Shown here: one piece after another, positions 28,238 through 42,579 of the stretch
How positions within the stretch are numbered: position 1 is the stretch's first letter
Layout of the letters: every line of letters starts with the position of its first letter
From: Candidatus Latescibacterota bacterium
GTDB taxonomy: Bacteria > Krumholzibacteriota > Krumholzibacteriia > WVZY01
Direction: 5' to 3'
DNA length: 64,000 nucleotides
Assembly (NCBI GenBank): GCA_963791045.1
Contig: CAWBQK010000007.1
Span: 32,001 to 96,000 of the forward strand
The notes under the pieces: generated by a model
What the model was told of the DNA's origin: nothing
The model's database searches: none
Seen by the model: only the letters and a program-made list of their open reading frames with translations
Made by a program: the position numbers and the translations under genes

Positions 28238-30063
28238 ATGAGCTACGAGGTCCTGGCGAGGAAATGGCGGCCGCAGACCTTCGACGAGGTCGTCGGCCAG
28301 GACCACATCACACGGACGCTGAAGAAAGCCGTCGAGCTCGGGCGGCTTTCGCACGCCTACCTTTTTTCCGGGCCCCGCGGCTGCGGCAAAACCAGTACGG
28401 CGCGTATTCTTGCCAAGGTGATCAACTGCACCGCACTCGAAGACGGAAATCCCATGCAACAAATGTGACTCATGTGATCGGGGTTACCCAGGGCAAAAAC
28501 CTGGATGTGATGGAGATCGACGGCGCCTCTCATACCGGTGTCGGTGAGGTCCGCGACCTTCAGGAAAGCATCGGTTACGTTCCCAGCCAGTTTAAAAACA
28601 AGGTTTACATCATCGACGAAGTCCACATGCTGTCGACGCATGCGTTCAACGCGCTTTTGAAGACACTTGAAGGAACCGCCCGCCGCATGTGTATTTCATC
28701 TTCGCCACGACGGCCCCCCACAAGATACCCGACACCATAAAATCGCGATGCCAGACGACATCAGTTCAAGCGGCTCGAGATCCGGGATATCGCCGTTCAT
28801 CTCGAAAAAATATGCGACGTGGAAAAGGTCAGATTTGAGAAGGACGCGCTGCGGCTTCTTGGCCGCAAAGCCGAGGGGAGCATGCGCGACGGGCAGAGTC
28901 TTCTCGATCAGTGTATCACCGCGTCTTCGGGTGATGTGAAAACACAGGCCGTCCGGGAAATTCTCGGGCTTCTGGATCAGGAACTCGTGATCGCTTTCCT
29001 ACGGAAGATTGCCGAGGGCGATTCGGGCGGTGTGCTCGCCCAGCTCGACGGAGCGATCCATGAGGGTGTCGATCTCGAGGAACTTCTCAACGCGCTCATC
29101 GAGGGGTTCAGGGACCTGATGTTGTTGGCAACTCCGGGCGATCTGGGTGATTTGGTGTTCAGGACCGCGGATGAACTGGAATTGATGCGTGGCCCGCTCG
29201 AATTGTACGAACTCGCCGACCTCGTTACTATTGTCGAGAGACTTTGCAATCTCAGTCCGCGTCTCAAGCTCGCGAGCGATCCGAGAATACTTCTCGAAAG
29301 CGTGCTGGTGGATTTGTCTCTGCTGGACCGCCAGATAAACATACGCGAATTAATAAACACGCTCGAAGGTTCCGGTTCGGAGCCGGGGCCGTCCCGAAAA
29401 CGTCCCGCGCAACCGGCGCCGAAGACAAAAAAAGGAACACAAACGGCGCCACGCGAATCGACCGCCCTTAGTGCGGCTGCCCCTGGTGCCGCGGCCCTTA
29501 GTGCGGCAGCCACGACGGAGCCCGGGGAAGACCGGCCTGTTGTGGTCGACCCTGCGGCGGGAGTCCGCAGGCCGGTGGTGGGATCGGTCGCGGCGGATTC
29601 CGGCGTTGATCCACTCGCTGCCGCCGGCGACCGTGACGGTGATGTGAATGCGAAGGACGTCGATCTGAGTTCGATGGACTATGCGAGTCAGCGGAAACTT
29701 TGGGAGAGCTTTGTTACCTACGTCCGGCAAAAAAAGGTTGCCCTCGGGGTGTGTTTGATTTCCGGTACGCTGCAGTCGATCGAGAAGAACGTGGTGACAC
29801 TTCGGTTTGCAAAAGGGTTTTCGTTCCAGAAAGACCAGGTTGAAAACGCGGCCAATCTGAAATTCTTAAACCTCATGACAAAAAAATATTTTGGACGAGA
29901 CCTCGAACTCGTTTGTTCATCGGATGACGGGTCCGGTCGCGCGCCTGTCCCCGGTCGTCGAAAGGGAAATTCTCAAAGCGACAAACCGGGAATCGAAACC
30001 AACCCGATTGTAAAAAAAATTCTCACCGAATTCGACGGTGAGATCGAACGCTACCATCAGTAG
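28238..30063 (+). CDS. dnaX: DNA polymerase III subunit gamma/tau, split by several indels at 28450-28760
   Basis: [30 protein letters not shown] and GSMRD lie in successive frames. Confidence 0.93.
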
Positions 30064-30079
30064 TCAAGGAGACCAACAA

Positions 30080-30391
30080 ATGGCGAATATTGGAAAATTG
30101 ATGAAGCAAGCCCAGGAAATGCAGCAAAAGATGGAGAAGATCCAACAAGAACTCGCCGAAAAAGAGGTTGAGGCGTCCAGCGGTGGGGGAATGGTCACTG
30201 TCAAGATGAACGGGCAGCAGGAAGTACTGGGCATCACGATCGACCCCGAGGTTTTTAACGACGGCGACAAGGAGATGCTTGAAGATCTCGTGGTCGCGGC
30301 GGTCAACGAAGCCCGGCGGCTGGTTCTCGAACTCACCCAACAGGAAATGGGAAAACTCACCGGCGGCCTGCCGATGCCGGGGCTTTTCTGA
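30080..30391 (+). CDS. ybaB: YbaB/EbfC nucleoid-associated protein
   Basis: MKQAQEMQ, SSGGGMV and LEDLVVAAVNEA; between dnaX and recR. Confidence 0.93.
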   Translation: MANIGKLMKQAQEMQQKMEKIQQELAEKEVEASSGGGMVTVKMNGQQEVLGITIDPEVFNDGDKEMLEDLVVAAVNEARRLVLELTQQEMGKLTGGLPMPGLF

Positions 30392-30458
30392 TATCCGCCG
30401 AACCCGCTCAAATCCAGATTTCCAAGGCGAGCTTCTTGCAAAGTGAAAGGAGTATTGG

Positions 30459-31058
30459 ATGGAGTACGGTTCCGAGACTCTGGCCGGCTTGATAAAGCTG
30501 CTTTCGAGGATGCCGGGCATAGGGTTAAAGACGTCCCAGCGTCTCGCCTTGCACCTTCTCAGGTCGAAGACCGAGGACGTGGAGAAGCTGGGCAATCTCA
30601 TCCTCGAGTTGAAAGAAAAGGTCGGGTTTTGCGAATCCTGCGGGAGTATCACCGAGGGTGCGCAATGTGCAATTTGCAAGGATCCTGGCCGGAATCAGGA
30701 GATTATCTGTGTCGTCGAGCAGCCCCAGGATGTTCTCATTTTGGAGAAAACGGGGCAGTACAAGGGGCTTTATCATGTGCTCCACGGAGTTCTTTCTCCG
30801 ATCGACGGTATAGGCCCTGAAGACATTAATCTGGCCCGATTTGACGAGAGAATAAGGAATAACGGGGTAAAAGAGGTCATTATAGCGACCAATCCGTCGG
30901 TGGAAGGTGACACGACCGCCCTTTTTATCGCAAAAGCTCTCGAATCCGCGGGGTGTACTGTCACGAGACTTGCAAGGGGGCTCCCCATGGGAGGATCTCT
31001 CGAGTTCGCCGACGACCTGACTTTGGCTCGGGCGCTGGAGCGAAGAGAGAAACTCTAG
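30459..31058 (+). CDS. recR: Recombination mediator RecR
   Basis: HhH (PGIG), C4 zinc finger, TOPRIM motif ATNPSVEGD. Confidence 0.96.
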   Translation: MEYGSETLAGLIKLLSRMPGIGLKTSQRLALHLLRSKTEDVEKLGNLILELKEKVGFCESCGSITEGAQCAICKDPGRNQEIICVVEQPQDVLILEKTGQYKGLYHVLHGVLSPIDGIGPEDINLARFDERIRNNGVKEVIIATNPSVEGDTTALFIAKALESAGCTVTRLARGLPMGGSLEFADDLTLARALERREKL

Positions 31059-31091
31059 GCCGAGATCTTGTCTCTCACTGCGGAGTAGCTC

Positions 31092-31588
31092 ATGGTAAAA
31101 GCCGACTGGACGATATACGAGGAAGACTATTGGGCAATCAATAGTGTGCTCAAGGAGTTGCTGAAGAATTCCAACTCTCAGAGCGTCTCCTGATCGACAA
31201 GACGGGGCAGATGATCGCCAGCGTCGGGCTCGAACCCGATTTCGATCTGATGAGCTTCGCGTCTTTGTGCGCGGCCGATTTCGAAGCGAACAGCCAACTG
31301 GCCAAATTAATCGGGGAGAAGGATTTCTCGACCCTTTATCACCAGGGGTCGGATGAGAGCATGTACCTCGCGAAGGTCGCTTCTCACATCATCCTCGTCG
31401 TGCTTTTCAACAAACGCACCACGCTCGGCCTGGTTCGGTTGCGTGTAAAGAAGGCCGTTGAGGGGCTGAACACGATCCTCAATCGCTTGTTCGACAAACT
31501 CGAGTACGAAAACGAAGATTTGAAAGAATTCGATGAAGAGTTCACCGAAGAACTCACTAAAGAAATCGACGCTCTTTTCTCGGATTAG
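31092..31588 (+). CDS. mglB: Roadblock/LC7 protein MglB, with one indel near 31188
   Basis: [12 protein letters not shown] frame joins [10 protein letters not shown]...LGLVRLR; directly upstream of mglA. Confidence 0.88.
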
Positions 31589-31602
31589 TTCAGGTAAGGA
31601 AA

Positions 31603-32196
31603 ATGTCGCTAATAAATTATTCGTCCCGGGAAATCAATTGCAAGATAGTCTATTATGGTCCGGGTCTTTGCGGGAAGACGACAAACATTCAGTACGTCTA
31701 CAACAAGGTCGCGCCCGAAACCAAGGGTAAGCTGATTACGCTCGCCACCGAAATGGACCGTACGTTGTTTTTTGATTTTCTGCCGCTCGAACTCGGTACG
31801 GTTAAAGGATTCAAGACTCGTTTCCATCTTTACACTGTTCCCGGCCAGGTGTACTACGACGCCAGCCGGAAACTGATTCTGCGCGGCGTCGACGGTATTG
31901 TCTTTGTCGCCGATTCTCAGATGTCTCGATACGACGCCAACATCGAGAGTCTTTACAACCTCCACGAAAACCTCGAAGAGTACAACCTCAGTGTCGACGA
32001 TCTTCCGTATGTCATCCAGTACAACAAACGGGACATGCCCGACATAATCGATATCGAGGAACTCGAGCAGGAACTCAATCCCGAAGGCCATCCCAGCCTG
32101 GAGGCGGTCGCGATAACCGGTGTCGGTGTGTTCGATACTCTAAAAACGATTGCCAAGGGAATCCTGCAAAAGCTTTCGCACAGCCAGCCAGCCTGA
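31603..32196 (+). CDS. mglA: Small GTPase MglA
   Basis: [31 protein letters not shown] and NKRD. Confidence 0.96.
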   Translation: MSLINYSSREINCKIVYYGPGLCGKTTNIQYVYNKVAPETKGKLITLATEMDRTLFFDFLPLELGTVKGFKTRFHLYTVPGQVYYDASRKLILRGVDGIVFVADSQMSRYDANIESLYNLHENLEEYNLSVDDLPYVIQYNKRDMPDIIDIEELEQELNPEGHPSLEAVAITGVGVFDTLKTIAKGILQKLSHSQPA

Positions 32197-32287
32197 TTCG
32201 ATCCAGATACCTGTTGCCGCGCGGTCGGCGCACGTGTACCATTCATGCGCGCCCATCCGTCCTGTGAACCGATATCGGGATTTTGAT

Positions 32288-32752
32288 GTGAAATATATTT
32301 CGAACTTTATAGGTACTTTTGGCTATACGGGGTTGTTCCCGTTTGCGCCGGCGACGTTTGCCACCCTGGTTTTCGTGCTCGTTTATTACTATGTCCCGGG
32401 GGGCGCGATTCTCGTTCACCCGATCGTCGTCATCGCGACGCTTCTCATCTCGGTCCCGGTGGCCACGCGGGTCGAGAAGGATCATGGGCACGATGCGAGC
32501 CGGATAGTGATCGACGAAATCGTTGGGATGCAGGTCGCGCTGACACTCGCCGCGCCGACACTCCTTGGGGTGATCTCCGCGTTTGTTCTTTTCCGGTTCT
32601 TCGATATCGTTAAACCGTTCCCGGCGGGGAGGGCGCAGCACCTTCCGCGTGGTTACGGTGTGGTTGCCGATGATTTTGTCGCGGGAATCCAAGCCCGCCT
32701 GGTTCTTATCGTTCTCGCCTGGATATTCCCCGGTTTTGGACGGTTCTTCTGA
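32288..32752 (+). CDS. pgpA: Phosphatidylglycerophosphatase A
   Basis: APATF, IVIDEIVG, FRFFDIVKP and DDFVAG. Confidence 0.92.
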   Translation: MKYISNFIGTFGYTGLFPFAPATFATLVFVLVYYYVPGGAILVHPIVVIATLLISVPVATRVEKDHGHDASRIVIDEIVGMQVALTLAAPTLLGVISAFVLFRFFDIVKPFPAGRAQHLPRGYGVVADDFVAGIQARLVLIVLAWIFPGFGRFF

Positions 32753-32775
32753 TTTCTTTTACAATGTGATGGACG

Positions 32776-34027
32776 ATGAATCGAATACACGATGTAGAAA
32801 TCATTATCGTGGGGAACGAACTTCTGCGTGGAGATCGAAGTGACGCGCACCTTGGGTTTCTCGGGCGCGCGGCTTCTCGATTACGGTATCCGTCTCGACG
32901 CCGCGCACGTTGTCGGGGATGACGGCGAACGGATAGCACGTGCCGTGATGGAGGCGCGGCGCCGTACAAGGGCACTGGTCGTAACCGGCGGGCTCGGCCC
33001 GACACACGACGATGTCACACGCGAAGGCGTTGCCGCTGGGCTCGGCGTCGAACTGGTTTTCGACGAAGATCAGTGGACAAATATTCAAGAGTACTTTCGC
33101 AGACACGGCCGCGCGACCTCCGAAAGCAATCGCCGTCAGGCGTTCTTCCCGGAAGGGGCAAAGCCGCTCGAAAACACGAGGGGCACCGCGCCGGGTTTTT
33201 TAATCGACAAGGATAACTGCCTTGTCGCCGTTCTCCCTGGGCCGCCTCGGGAGTTTCAGACGATGATGGAGCGCTCAGTCTTTCCGGAGATCGACAGGGT
33301 GTTCTCGCGGCCGGCCCTCCTCGTCAACGTTTATCGCACGGCGGGAATAGGCGAGTCGACAATGGCGGTGTTCCTCGAGTCGCTCATGTCGCGATATGAA
33401 GAGTTTACACTGGCGTCGCTGCCGCATGTGTCGGGTGTGGATTTGTTGATAAGGGCGAATCCCGGCGCAGGATCGCCTGAGGGCCTGGAGCGCCGGGCGA
33501 GAGAACTCGAAAGAGATCTGCGCTCGGAGTTGGGGAACAAGGTGTACGCGAAGGGCGACCTGGCGCTTGAAGCGGTTGTTGGCGAGATCCTTTCGTCGAG
33601 GGGAGAGACTGTTGCCATCGCCGAGTCACTCACCGGCGGACTTCTCGGCAAAAGGCTCACCGACGTTCCGGGGAGCAGCCGTTATGTTCTCTCCGATGTG
33701 GTGGCCTACAGCAATGAGGCCAAAATTGATTTTCTCGGTGTGACCGGGTCGTCGCTCGAAGAAAACGGCGCGGTCAGCGAGGTCGTATGCCGCGAAATGG
33801 CCGAGGGTATCCGTGAGCGGACCGGCGCTACTTATGGACTCGCAACCACGGGTATAGCCGGGCCGGATGGGGGGACCGATGACAAGCCGGTCGGTCTCTG
33901 TTATCACGGATTGAGTTGGGATGGCGGCTCGGAGATTCGTCACCGTGTTTTCTCTGGTCAGCGCGAGGATGTCCGCGAACGAGTAGTGTGGGCGTCGCTG
34001 TATCATCTTTTCGAGAGACTTTCATGA
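32776..34027 (+). CDS. cinA: CinA family NMN deamidase / molybdopterin-binding fusion, with an indel near 32865
   Basis: IIVGNELLRG in the upstream frame; TGGLGPTHDD, LPGPPRE, AESLTGG and TGIAGP. Confidence 0.92.
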
Positions 34028-34590
34028 GACTCTTTCTTGCCGTAGAGTTCGAACCCCAGTTGAAGGATGCGCTCGTCCGCGCGATAAGCGAGATCGGCAT
34101 CGATCATCCTCCGTGGCGATGGGTTGCACGGTCGAATTTTCATTTAACCCTCAAGTTTCTCGGTGACATGCAAAAAGACCTGGTTCCGCGGGTAATCGAT
34201 ACGGTGGAGGCGGTCTGCCGGGACGCGCCCGCATTTGATATCGAGCTGGAGGGTTTGGGCGGCTTTCCAAACTTTAAGAATCCGCGGGTGCTGTTCTACC
34301 ATGTCGTGCGCGGTGTGGACGAACTCGTTTCCTTATCCCGCGCGATCGACTCGGTGCTCGAGACCGCCCTTTCGATTCCTCGTGAAAAGAAACCGTTTCG
34401 CGCGCATGCGACGGTTGCCCGCATCAAGCGGCCGATCGATCCCGATCTGGTCGCCCGGCTCGAGGGTGCCCCTGCGGTTGAATGTCCGCCGCAACGGGTT
34501 CGGCAAGTCTCTTTGATGCGGAGCGAACTACGCCGCGAAGGCGCTATATACCAACTCGTTAAAGGGATTGCGCTCGCCGAAGTGAAGTGA
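34024..34590 (+). CDS. thpR: RNA 2',3'-cyclic phosphodiesterase
   Basis: Two HxT motifs (HLTL, HATV); MRLFLAV start. Confidence 0.92.
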   Translation: MRLFLAVEFEPQLKDALVRAISEIGIDHPPWRWVARSNFHLTLKFLGDMQKDLVPRVIDTVEAVCRDAPAFDIELEGLGGFPNFKNPRVLFYHVVRGVDELVSLSRAIDSVLETALSIPREKKPFRAHATVARIKRPIDPDLVARLEGAPAVECPPQRVRQVSLMRSELRREGAIYQLVKGIALAEVK

Positions 34591-34727
34591 TAATATTTCG
34601 TGGAAGTTCGTTTGTTTAGCGTCTTCCCCCTGGGTTTTTCCGGCAGCTAGAAGGGGCGACGTTGGGACGGTGTGCTGTATGCCGGTTGTGAGGATGGGAT
34701 GTGGACTGAAAGTGGAAAGGGAAAGAA

Positions 34728-35858
34728 ATGAAATCGGATATGCCCGAGCAAAGCAACAAAGAAAAAGCATTGGAACTGGCCGTCGCGCAGATCGAAAAGC
34801 AGTTCGGCCAGGGATCGATCATGCGGTTGGGTGATGGGTCGTTCATCGTTCCCGTTGACGCGATTTCGACGGGTAGCTTGAGTCTCGATGTGGCCCTCGG
34901 TGTCGGCGGGGTTCCCCGTGGGCGGATCATCGAAGTGTACGGTCCCGAAGGGTCGGGAAAGACGACTCTCACGAGTTCGATCATCGCTCGCGCGCAAAAA
35001 GCGGGCGGGACGGCGGCTTTTGTCGATGCCGAACACGCGTTCGATGTCAAATACGCCAGGAATATCGGCATTGATGTCGATAACCTTCTGATCTCTCAGC
35101 CCGACACCGGAGAACAGGCGCTGGAAATTGCCGAAGTTTTGGTGCGTAGCGGCGCTCTCGACGTGGTCGTAGTCGACTCCGTTGCGGCGCTTGTTCCCGC
35201 GGCGGAACTCAATGGCGATATGGGAGACGCTCATGTCGGACTGCAGGCGAGACTCATGTCCCAGGCGCTGCGGAAACTTACCGGCGTTGTTTCGAAAACC
35301 AAAACTTGTCTGATTTTTACGAACCAGATCCGTATGAAGATCGGTGTTCTTTTCGGTAGCCCCGAGACTACGTCGGGCGGCAACGCGCTCAAGTTTTATT
35401 CGTCGGTTAGAATGGACATCCGGCGGATCGGCGCGATCAAAGATGGCGAGACCGTTTCCGGAAACCGGACCAAAGTCAAAGTGGTTAAGAACAAGGTTGC
35501 CCCGCCGTTCCGTATCGCCGAGTTTGATATTCTCTACGGCGAGGGAATAAGCTACGAAGGCGACCTGCTCGATCTCGGCTCGAGCGTTGAGATTATCAAA
35601 AAGAGCGGGACGTGGTATTCGTATGGTGAGGAACGGCTCGGTCAGGGCAAAGAATCTTCGAGACAGTTCCTCAAAGAGAACCCAAAAGTCAGGGACGAAA
35701 TCGACAAGAAAGTCCGCGAACATTTTGAGATCTCGTCTGCAAAACCGATGTCGAAACCCGATGTTGAACCGATGGTAAAAGGGGCGGCGAGCACAGCCGG
35801 GGCCCGTTCAGCCCCGGGTAAGGGCCGGATGGGCAGTTCGCGCGCGGCCAAGAAGTGA
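34728..35858 (+). CDS. recA: Recombinase RecA
   Basis: [20 protein letters not shown] and GGNALKFY. Confidence 0.99.
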   Translation: MKSDMPEQSNKEKALELAVAQIEKQFGQGSIMRLGDGSFIVPVDAISTGSLSLDVALGVGGVPRGRIIEVYGPEGSGKTTLTSSIIARAQKAGGTAAFVDAEHAFDVKYARNIGIDVDNLLISQPDTGEQALEIAEVLVRSGALDVVVVDSVAALVPAAELNGDMGDAHVGLQARLMSQALRKLTGVVSKTKTCLIFTNQIRMKIGVLFGSPETTSGGNALKFYSSVRMDIRRIGAIKDGETVSGNRTKVKVVKNKVAPPFRIAEFDILYGEGISYEGDLLDLGSSVEIIKKSGTWYSYGEERLGQGKESSRQFLKENPKVRDEIDKKVREHFEISSAKPMSKPDVEPMVKGAASTAGARSAPGKGRMGSSRAAKK

Positions 35859-36523
35859 TGTCCGAGACCGTCGTTGAATGGAAACCGCGCCCCCGAAACA
35901 GGATTTTCATCAAGCTCTCGGGGGGGCGGTTTTTTACCGTTCCGGAGGCTGAAGGGGAAAGCCTCAAGCCGGGTAGAGGTCCTTCGCGAGGAGGACATAA
36001 GCAGGCTTTCCAGGATCGACCAATACTTTCGCGGCAAAGATAAGGCATTGCGATTATTGTCGATACGTGCTCGGAGCCGATACGAGGTCGATAACACCCT
36101 CTCTGGAATGGAGATTGCACCAGAGATTCGAAGACGGGATCCTCGAGGAACTGCGACGAAGTTAGGGCTGATCGACGACGCCCGGTTCGCCCGGGATTAC
36201 GTCGACTCGCGTATTGAGATCAAACACCTGGGTCCTCATCGCCTCAAATTCGAGCTCAAAAAGTTCGGTGTGAGCGGTTCGATTATCGAACAGGCAATCG
36301 AAGAGGCCTTCCACGAGGGACGCCAGGAGGAACTCGCCTGGAAAATCGTTCGAAAGAAATCGTACGCGCATCGGCAACGCAGAAAGCTGGCAACCTGAGA
36401 AAGAAGTTCGGCGTGTGAGCGGGTCTGCTTAAACGCCGGAGAGGGCTCGATTACGAAATTATAAACCATGTCGCGTACGAGTTGCTGAATCGGGCGGCAA
36501 GATTCGCGATTGGATCAATTTGA
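35858..36523 (+). CDS. recX: RecX regulatory protein, multiply frameshifted (end approximate)
   Basis: Directly after recA; ALRLLSIRARS, LIDDARFA and GPHRLKFELKKFGV. Confidence 0.8.
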
Positions 36524-36587
36524 GCAGCAAGCAATGAGCAAACGAAAACAAAAAGAAACAAGGCACACAGTCGAACTCACCGAAAAG

Positions 36588-39257
<2,670 letters not shown>

Positions 39258-39291
39258 TTCGTTGATATATTTTAACCCAGGGGACTAAATC

Positions 39292-40779
39292 ATGATGCGG
39301 ACTCTCGTACTAGTTCTTGTGATCGCTGTGTTCGTCTCAGGTGCGGTAAGCGCGGAGAAAAACCTGTCGATCAGGGATAAGACTTTGTCGAATCGTACGT
39401 CGATGGGCGCGGATGATCCCGCCGCGGCGGCTGACGGAGACCTTGTTACGTACAGTGTCCCGACGTCACTCGAAGGTCCCATTGATCCGGACACCTATGT
39501 CCTCGGGCCATCGGATGAACTCTACCTGATTATTCGCGGGGCCGAGACGGCGTTTCACCCAATTCTTGTGTTCCCCGAGGGCAACGTCATACTTCCCAAT
39601 GTCGGCAGTCACAAGGCGGCCGGTTTGACGCTTACGCAGTTCAGGGAAGACGTTCGCGACGCGCTCAAGAATTATTACAGAAATATCGATATTGATGTCC
39701 AGTTGACGAAGCCGCGCAGCTTTGTGGTCTATGTATCAGGTCAAGTCGCGAGGCCCGGCGCCGTTGAACTCACCGCGCCCTTTCGTGTCAGCCAGGCGAT
39801 CTTGGCGGTGGGAGGTGTGGGCGAAGCGGGGACCATGCGCGAGATCGAAATCCGGCGGAATGACGAAGTGCTCCAAACGGTCGACCTTTTTCTGTTCCAT
39901 CAGCAGGGCCGGAGCGAGCACAACCCCGTGCTTGCCGAGGGTCTTGCGGTACACGTGCCGATACGAAAAATGAGAGCATCATCGGTTGGAGAGGTCCGCA
40001 AGTCCGGGATTTTTGAAATTGTTCCCGGCGAGACCGCGGCCGATATCATCGAATTCTCCGGCGGGTTCGCGACGACGGCGGATACTAGTCAACTTCTCCT
40101 CGAGAGAAAAAGCCCGGCCAGAGGATTGACGACAATCACTTTCGAAGCGGATTCGGCGCAGTACGTCACCCTCCAGGATCTCGATCTGCTCGTTATTCCC
40201 GATCTCGCCAGCCAGATAGGTTACGAACCCGTCGAGGTCATCGGTGGTGGGGGGCGCGATGGAGAGTTTCAGATACAGGAGACCGAAACTCTGAGGGAGT
40301 TTCTCAATCGTCTGTGGCGGTTCACATACCGTTACAATATCGAAGACGCCGTCATCGAGCGCTGGGAGGATGACGACTACCCCGAATATATAGCTTTTAA
40401 TGTCCGTGCAGTTCTTGAAGGCGACACCCTGGGCGCGACGATACTAAAACCGGGTGACACGATCAATTTTCCCGTCCGCGAAAAGCAGGTTTTTGTCACC
40501 GGCGAAGTGGTGCTTCCCGGCGCCTTTCCGTTCCAGCCTGGGTATTCGGCGGAGCGTTATATCGCCCTTGCCGGCGGTCCCAATGTGGACGGATCGTACG
40601 GAAGGATTGATATCTTTGGTGTCGACGGAGGAAACCGCTCGGGCGACCGGCACTCGATGATCTATCGTGGTGAAACCATCATCGTAAAAACGAAGAGATC
40701 CAAACAGCTCGCCTCGATTTTCTGGGGAATGACGAGCTTGACTAGCTTGATACTCGCGATTTATGCAGTGAATCAATAG
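39292..40779 (+). CDS. Polysaccharide export (Wza/OPX-like) protein with SLBB domains
   Basis: Signal peptide; YVLGPSDEL poly-export motif; repeated VSGQVARPG, VGEVRKSG and VTGEVVLPG SLBB motifs; C-terminal helix. Confidence 0.82.
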   Translation: MMRTLVLVLVIAVFVSGAVSAEKNLSIRDKTLSNRTSMGADDPAAAADGDLVTYSVPTSLEGPIDPDTYVLGPSDELYLIIRGAETAFHPILVFPEGNVILPNVGSHKAAGLTLTQFREDVRDALKNYYRNIDIDVQLTKPRSFVVYVSGQVARPGAVELTAPFRVSQAILAVGGVGEAGTMREIEIRRNDEVLQTVDLFLFHQQGRSEHNPVLAEGLAVHVPIRKMRASSVGEVRKSGIFEIVPGETAADIIEFSGGFATTADTSQLLLERKSPARGLTTITFEADSAQYVTLQDLDLLVIPDLASQIGYEPVEVIGGGGRDGEFQIQETETLREFLNRLWRFTYRYNIEDAVIERWEDDDYPEYIAFNVRAVLEGDTLGATILKPGDTINFPVREKQVFVTGEVVLPGAFPFQPGYSAERYIALAGGPNVDGSYGRIDIFGVDGGNRSGDRHSMIYRGETIIVKTKRSKQLASIFWGMTSLTSLILAIYAVNQ

Positions 40780-40839
40780 GGCAGGCCCGGAACATACATT
40801 TTGACGGCATCAAGGCCGGGTGAAAGGAACGTGGTATCG

Positions 40840-41904
40840 ATGAAAGCGTTGATTTTGAGCGGAGGAAAGGGCACGAGGCTCCGGCCGATCACATATACAA
40901 GCGCCAAACAGCTCGTTCCGATCGCCAACAAGCCGATTCTCTTCTTCGGACTCGAAGCGATGCGGGATGCGGGGATCGTTGATGTCGGGATCGTCGTCGG
41001 CGACACGGCGGATGAAGTCAAAAAGGCGGTTGGCGACGGGAGCAAATTCGGGATCAAGGTCCATTACATCCAGCAGGATGCTCCGTTGGGGCTCGCGCAT
41101 GCGGTCAAGGTGTCGAAAGACTTCATCGGTGACGACTCGTTCGTAATGTACCTCGGGGATAACTTGTTGAAAAACGGGATAACGGGTTTCGTCAACGAAT
41201 TCTCGGCGGGAAACCACGATGCACAGATTCTGCTCGCCCGTGTCAAGAACCCGAGCGAGTTCGGCGTGGCGGAGATAAAAGGCGATCGAGTCATCGCGCT
41301 CGAGGAGAAACCGAAGAAACCCAAGAGTAATTATGCGCTCGTCGGCGTCTACATGTTCAAGAGCAGTGTCTTCGAGGCGGTCGATAATATTAAGCCGAGC
41401 TGGCGAAACGAGCTTGAGATCACCGATGCGATCCAGTACCTGATCGACAAGGGCTTTGTGGTGAACTCTCATGTTGTGGACGGATGGTGGAAAGATACGG
41501 GAAAACTCGAGGATATGCTCGACGCGAACCGGATGGTTCTGACCGAGCTCGAACACCATGTCGGGAGCGAGCCCAAGAAAGGTTCCGAAATCCACGGTAA
41601 CGTGCTCATCGCTGAAAACGTCAAAATTGAGGGTAGTGTGTTGAGAGGGCCGTGCATCATTGGCGAAGGTGCGGAGATTATCGATTCGTACGTCGGACCG
41701 TTTACCAGTATTGGCGCCAACACAAAGATCGTTCGAAGCGAGATCGAGAACAGCATCATCCTCGAGGAATGTACGATTGAGGATATCGGCAGCCGGATCG
41801 GCAACAGCCTTATGGGCCGCAACGTGACCGTGTCGCGGAACGCAAGGCCGCCGCGGGCGTACGAGTTCATGGTTGGGGACAACAGCAATATTATTCTGTT
41901 CTAA
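40840..41904 (+). CDS. rfbA: Glucose-1-phosphate thymidylyltransferase (long form)
   Basis: LSGGKGTRLRP, KQL, EEKP, ELEITDA and WWKDTG; C-terminal hexapeptide repeats. Confidence 0.9.
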   Translation: MKALILSGGKGTRLRPITYTSAKQLVPIANKPILFFGLEAMRDAGIVDVGIVVGDTADEVKKAVGDGSKFGIKVHYIQQDAPLGLAHAVKVSKDFIGDDSFVMYLGDNLLKNGITGFVNEFSAGNHDAQILLARVKNPSEFGVAEIKGDRVIALEEKPKKPKSNYALVGVYMFKSSVFEAVDNIKPSWRNELEITDAIQYLIDKGFVVNSHVVDGWWKDTGKLEDMLDANRMVLTELEHHVGSEPKKGSEIHGNVLIAENVKIEGSVLRGPCIIGEGAEIIDSYVGPFTSIGANTKIVRSEIENSIILEECTIEDIGSRIGNSLMGRNVTVSRNARPPRAYEFMVGDNSNIILF

Positions 41905-41918
41905 AAAGGCGGTTTCCG

Positions 41919-42524
41919 TTGCCGGCAAACAGCACGAACTTGAAGGCGCTCCTCTCCGCGAGACAGAGTCTCCTCGAATGGACATTCGGGGATGGGTGGG
42001 CCGAGATTGAGAACACGGCGCGCGAGTTGACGGCAAGTCTCAAAGACGGAGGAGCCGTCTTCTCTTGCGGTAACGGTGGGAGCGCGTCACAAGCTGAGCA
42101 CTTTGCCGCCGAACTTGCCGGTCGTTTCAAGCTCGACAGGAAATCACTCCCCGTTTTTTCTCTCTCGACGAATACCGCCTCGCTCACGGCGATTGCCAAC
42201 GATTTTGGGTTTGCGGAAATGTTCGCCCGGCAGATAGAGGGAATAGGAAAAAAGGGCGACGCGCTGGTCGCGCTCTCGACGAGCGGCAACTCGGAGAATA
42301 TTATCCGCGCGTGCCGGATCGCCCGTGAAAAAGGGATGGTCGTATATGGTCTGACGGGAGAGACCGGTGGCAAGATGGGTGGGGAGTGTAACCATATTAT
42401 CCGCATCCCCGAAACGGACACGGCAAGGATCCAGGAAATGCATCTCGTGGCGCTGCACATGATTTGCCAGCTTATCGAGGAGAGCCTGTTTTTGACAAAT
42501 GGCGCGGGGATGGAGTCGACGTGA
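41919..42524 (+). CDS. gmhA: Phosphoheptose isomerase (SIS domain)
   Basis: CGNGGSA, TAIANDF, STSGNSEN and RIQEMH. Confidence 0.9.
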   Translation: MPANSTNLKALLSARQSLLEWTFGDGWAEIENTARELTASLKDGGAVFSCGNGGSASQAEHFAAELAGRFKLDRKSLPVFSLSTNTASLTAIANDFGFAEMFARQIEGIGKKGDALVALSTSGNSENIIRACRIAREKGMVVYGLTGETGGKMGGECNHIIRIPETDTARIQEMHLVALHMICQLIEESLFLTNGAGMEST

Positions 42525-42550
42525 CAGGGGAGTTTTTAATCGTCAGTGGG

Positions 42551-42579
42551 AGGTCCGCCGTCAGGTGGGCCTTTTTTTT
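42551..42579 (+). terminator. Rho-independent terminator
   Basis: Hairpin aggtccgcc-gtca-ggtgggcct followed by a T tract, at the convergence of gmhA and the GT4 gene. Confidence 0.7.

Noticed and set aside
28440-28820. Programmed recoding in the 5' part of dnaX
   Set aside because: Several breaks fall inside the AAA+ core with no slippery site; sequencing indels explain them better.
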